DNA of 63,256 nucleotides, counting the filler, from Olpidium bornovanus S191 (taxonomy: Eukaryota > Fungi > Olpidiomycota): the NCBI GenBank assembly GCA_017911155.1. It is 27 parts of 27 records of this genome, joined end to end, with 100 filler letters (N's around TTAATTAATTAA, not from the genome) between each part and the next. Parts side by side here need not be neighbours in the genome. Positions count along the whole stretch, not along the records: positions 57,210 to 60,304 come from JAEFCI010006904.1; positions 60,405 to 61,630 come from JAEFCI010000538.1; positions 61,731 to 63,256 come from JAEFCI010005698.1; 24 more parts are not named here. One strand, given 5' to 3'. Each line of letters starts with the position of its first letter. Positions within the stretch are counted from its first letter, which is position 1. The position numbers and the translations under genes are program-made. Positions 59,879 through 63,256 of this stretch are shown piece after piece. Below the pieces are notes generated by a model. That model searched no databases. It was not told where the DNA came from and worked only from the letters and a program-made list of their open reading frames with translations.

Positions 59879-60304
59879 ATGACGACCGGGCGGGCGCTGT
59901 TTTCAAACTTGCTCGCTGAGGACGACGTGGCGTACGACGACGCGGATCGGCCGGCGGCGGCGAAGCTGGATGCTGACGCGGCCGGGGCGGACGATCTGGG
60001 CGTTGGGACCCCGGCCGTCGAAACTACAGCCGCCGGGCTGGCCGCCTTGTGTCGGGAGTTGTCACTTGAGCGGCAAGCGCGGGCGCGTGCGGACTACGCC
60101 GACCGCCAGGAACGTGCAACGGTGGCCCGCGCTGGGCGGACACAGCAGGTCCTCCTGCGCTGGTTGGAGCGTAACGGGTACTCCGAGGGGTATAACGTCA
60201 CGGCGTACTTGCGCGAGTTCGATTTAGCTGTGCGCGTGCTCGACTTGACCGATCGCGAGCGGCGACGTGCGTTTCAACGCGTCGTACAACCTCATTTGGA
60301 AGAC
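59879..60304 (+). mobile_element. Gag-like ORF of an oppositely oriented retroelement (truncated by gap)
   Basis: Coiled coil followed by GYSEGYNVTAYLREFDLAV, resembling the F.G.NVT.FL..F motif of retrotransposon gag. Confidence 0.45.
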
Positions 60305-60767
60305 NNNNNNNNNNNNNNNNNNNNNNNNNNNNNNNNNNNNNNNNNNNNTTAATTAATTAANNNNNNNNNNNNNNNNNNNNNNNNNNNNNNNNNNNNNNNN
60401 NNNNGCGTTTGAAGGAGTCTAGAAACAAACGGTCAAAAACAACACTCTCGGGGAGAACCGCTAGCTACAAGTCCTATACGAGATCCACCCGATGTGCGCC
60501 CAGCCGTATTTCTTTGCCGGGCATGTCCACCACGTAAAGGTCGGAATCCTCCAACGTACTAGCAGAAGGATTGCATGGGGTCGCAAACGAGCCCGCTGGC
60601 AGTTTTCCGTCACGTAGGCGCTCACACGGCTGGAGGGGCACATGCGAAAGGTATCAAGCGGCCGGCAAGAAAAATGAACAGCCTACTCCTCCGGTACGGC
60701 AGACGAAGCAATGTGAAAGAGGGTAGCGAACTGGGGTGGGGGGGGGGGAAAGCAGGAAGAGTCTGTT

Positions 60768-61630
60768 TTAAACCTTTCCAGTGACCCGCTTCCGCGTGGT
60801 GGCCATGACGTCCTGCAGTCGGCCTTCGCGCGCGTAGATGAACGCGTTCCCGCGTTCGAAATGCCGCACAGCTTTGTCGTTGGCGTCGTGCTTGGACGCG
60901 TACATGTCCATGAGATCGGTGAAGGCCGCCGGCCCGCAGTGGTGAACGACGAGGAGGTCCGTCGTGTCAGAGCGCACGCACTCCGGCGGGAGGTGCTTCG
61001 GATAGCGTGCGGTGATAATCACATGCGCCCGCGAGGAGGGTAAGGACGATGGCAAGGATCCCGGTGACGGCCGGTTACCAAGGACCTGGCGGACGAGCAG
61101 GTCGGCCAAGCGCTTGTTGTGCGCGACTGCGCGGTCTGCGTCGTCGAAGGCCAGCAAACGCGGCGTCGACGCCGGCCCGGCGACCTTGCCGCCCTGTACA
61201 GGTTTCGCCTGGTTGCTAAAAGACGGCGGCAGTGGCGATTGAGGACCGCCCGTTGCGGGCAAACCGGAAAACAAGCGCTCCCACACCGCAACAACGGCTT
61301 CCGTCAGCGCCGCAACCTCGCCATCCAGGAGCATCGGGTCTCGGAGGTCGAGGATCGTCGCGGTGCCGCCGGCTAAACTGTGAACGACCGACGCCTGCTG
61401 GATTATCGGCTGCACCGAGGGATTATAGCCCCTTTTGTCTGCATGATTTCTGATGGCCGTCTCCGCCTTCGAGTTCCACGCGACCATTTCGAGCAGAAAT
61501 CCCTCCACCCATGCCAGCCTTGCGTCAATCCATCGCCAGCTCAACGGGTCGAGCGGCGATGCACGGAGCCGCTCAGCCATCTTTCGGAAATCCACCTTGC
61601 CGGGTAAGTTCGGGTAGGACGCCAGGATCC
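60768..61630 (-). CDS. Intronless P-loop ATPase-like protein, C-terminal half (HerA/FtsK/VirB4-like fold); 5' end in gap
   Basis: TILDLRDPML...RLLAFDDADRA (Walker B-like)...HVIITARYPKHLPP...LLVVHH; matches the element order of a fungal family I recall as DL.DPF...ALDEAH...ISTQEP...IVH.F. Confidence 0.55.
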
Positions 61631-61730
61631 NNNNNNNNNNNNNNNNNNNNNNNNNNNNNNNNNNNNNNNNNNNNTTAATTAATTAANNNNNNNNNNNNNN
61701 NNNNNNNNNNNNNNNNNNNNNNNNNNNNNN

Positions 61731-61768
61731 CATGCAGAAAGCCCCGGGTTCAAACCCCGGAATCTCCA
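61731..61768 (+). tRNA. 3' half of tRNA-Ala (anticodon and 5' half lost in gap)
   Basis: CATGCAGAAAGCCCCGGGTTCAAACCCCGGAATCTCCA: T-arm CCGGG-TTCAAAC-CCCGG, acceptor strand AATCTCC-A, and T6 Pol III terminator at ~61784-61789. Matches eukaryotic tRNA-Ala 3' halves. Confidence 0.8.
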
Positions 61769-62265
61769 CACTCTGTAAGCGCGTTTTTTGATTTTTGCCT
61801 GGGCTTGTTGTTTGTGCACGACCACCGTCCATTTATGGAGTCAAGCAGCGACGGCTCGCCTTCCGCCGCCCCACCCATCCGCGCGTGCGCGGGTTGCAGG
61901 CGGCGCGTGTGGTTTGTTTGCCGCCGCGCGGGCGGGTTGTGTCAATCGCAGGGACGCGGTTCCAAACGGGGGGGAGCGGGAGGGTTCTCAACACCCCCAC
62001 CCACCCCGCTCTCTCCGCCCATCTCTCGTTTTGCGCGTCGGACGTCGTCGGGCCTTGACGACGGCGGAAGGAACGGAGGCGTAGGGGAGGAAATCCCGGG
62101 CTCACACGGCCCGGAAGACCCCAAGGCCCCGGGTCACGCACGAAAAACCCACCTCGGCCACCAGGGGAAAAAAAGCGCGGGGAGGGGTGGTTGGCCAGGC
62201 ACACGGAGGCGACCCAGGGCTCCACAGCGAGCCCCTCGTCAAGCGCCGGATGCCGGTAGCCAGCC

Positions 62266-63128
62266 ATGGAGACGTTCAAGTCAAGGTACATGCACAGGTG
62301 CGAGGAGCTGGGCTTGCAGCCCTCCCACACCCTCCTGGAGAAGATACGGCAGAGGAGGCCGGAGGACAACGATTGGTCCGGCAGAGAGTACCCGGACACC
62401 CTGAACCTCAGCGGGTGCAACCTCACGCTCAAGGTGGGAGAGGACAGCCGCCAACCGGTTTTCCTGGCCCGGAAGTTTTTTTTTTCTTTTTCTACTCTCC
62501 ACTTTTTCTTTTCCTCTTATTTTCTGATTCCAGCCCGACGGAGGCCGGGAGGCGGCGCCGGGGATCTGATCGTAAGCCCGACCGCAAAACAGGGATGTGA
62601 CGCTTTATGCAAAGCTCTCGCGGAAGACGTCGTCTTCATGCGGTTGATCCTGGCAGACGCGTACCTCGGTGACGAAGGTCAGAAAACGGGTTATTGTGAC
62701 AGGCTGCGGCATGGGGTTCGAAAACGCGGATCGGAAATGTCCAATGCAGCCGCTCAAACGAAAAGGAAAATCACCAACCGCATAAAACTGACAGGACCGC
62801 CGCGGAACGCAACCAGGCTGTATCATGATCGCCGGCGTGCTCAAGACGAACTCGGCGCTGGAACACCTGGACCTTCGCGGAAACAACGTTCGCGCGGAAG
62901 GAGCCATCGCCCTCGCGCAGGCCCTGAAGGTCAATGCGACCTTGCAGTCCTTGCAGCTCGAGTGGAACTGCGTCGGCATATGGGAGCAGGGGATCAGGGC
63001 CATCGCCGACGCGCTCGGCGTCAACCAGGGCCTGCGGGAGCTCGACTTGCGCAACAACAAGATTGGACCGCAGGCGGCGGCCTGCCTCGCTCTCGGGCTC
63101 AAGAGGAACGGGAGCCTGAGGAAGCTAG
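62266..63128 (+). CDS. LRRC45: LRRC45-like centriolar leucine-rich-repeat protein, 5' exons
   Basis: METFKSRYMHRCEELGLQP...LNLSGCNLTLK|GCDALCKALAEDVVFMRLILADAYLGDEG|..GVLKTNSALEHLDLRGNNVRAEGAIALAQALKVNATLQSLQLEWNCVGIWEQGIRAIADALGVNQGLRELDLRNNKIG; colinear with animal LRRC45 as I recall it. Confidence 0.75.
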
Positions 63129-63256
63129 GTCTGTCAGACATGTCCTTTCCGAAATTGATACGCAAATGGCATTTGATGAGGCCCGTCCGACGAGCCGAAA
63201 GATTCAGCCCTGCGCAAACGCGTGGATGCGGGGGGGGGGGAGGTGGAGGTAAGGGC

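Overview
This is not a contiguous locus. It is a pseudo-scaffold of 27 short contigs (about 1-4.8 kb) joined by 26 identical 100-nt spacers (44 N + TTAATTAATTAA + 44 N), so adjacency across spacers has no biological meaning. The DNA is GC-rich, intron-rich and eukaryotic. Fungal-type housekeeping genes (PCNA, VAP/Scs2, eL42, RRP14, CDT2, CLP1, TOP3, EMC3) occur together with flagellar/centriolar genes (axonemal dynein heavy chain, NME5-like, LRRC45-like). I infer a zoosporic (flagellated) early-diverging fungus; the exact taxon cannot be read from the sequence. Retroelement and Helitron-like relics occupy a substantial share of the window. Main findings: (1) a Ty3/gypsy pol carrying a DIRS-type adenine-methyltransferase-like domain in the same ORF as the integrase zinc finger; (2) a spliced gene resembling the meiotic telomere protein TERB2, usually regarded as metazoan; (3) an ABI-like protein lacking SH3 but carrying five polyproline + WH2/GAB-like modules; (4) eL42 with the Gln56 cycloheximide-resistance residue; (5) a 478-bp dispersed repeat present three times with one sharp shared boundary; (6) sororin-like, divergent SUN-domain and HerA/FtsK-like ATPase genes, and a plant-Bianca-like copia element. 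All homology calls come from motif recognition by eye and from memory; no database search was run.
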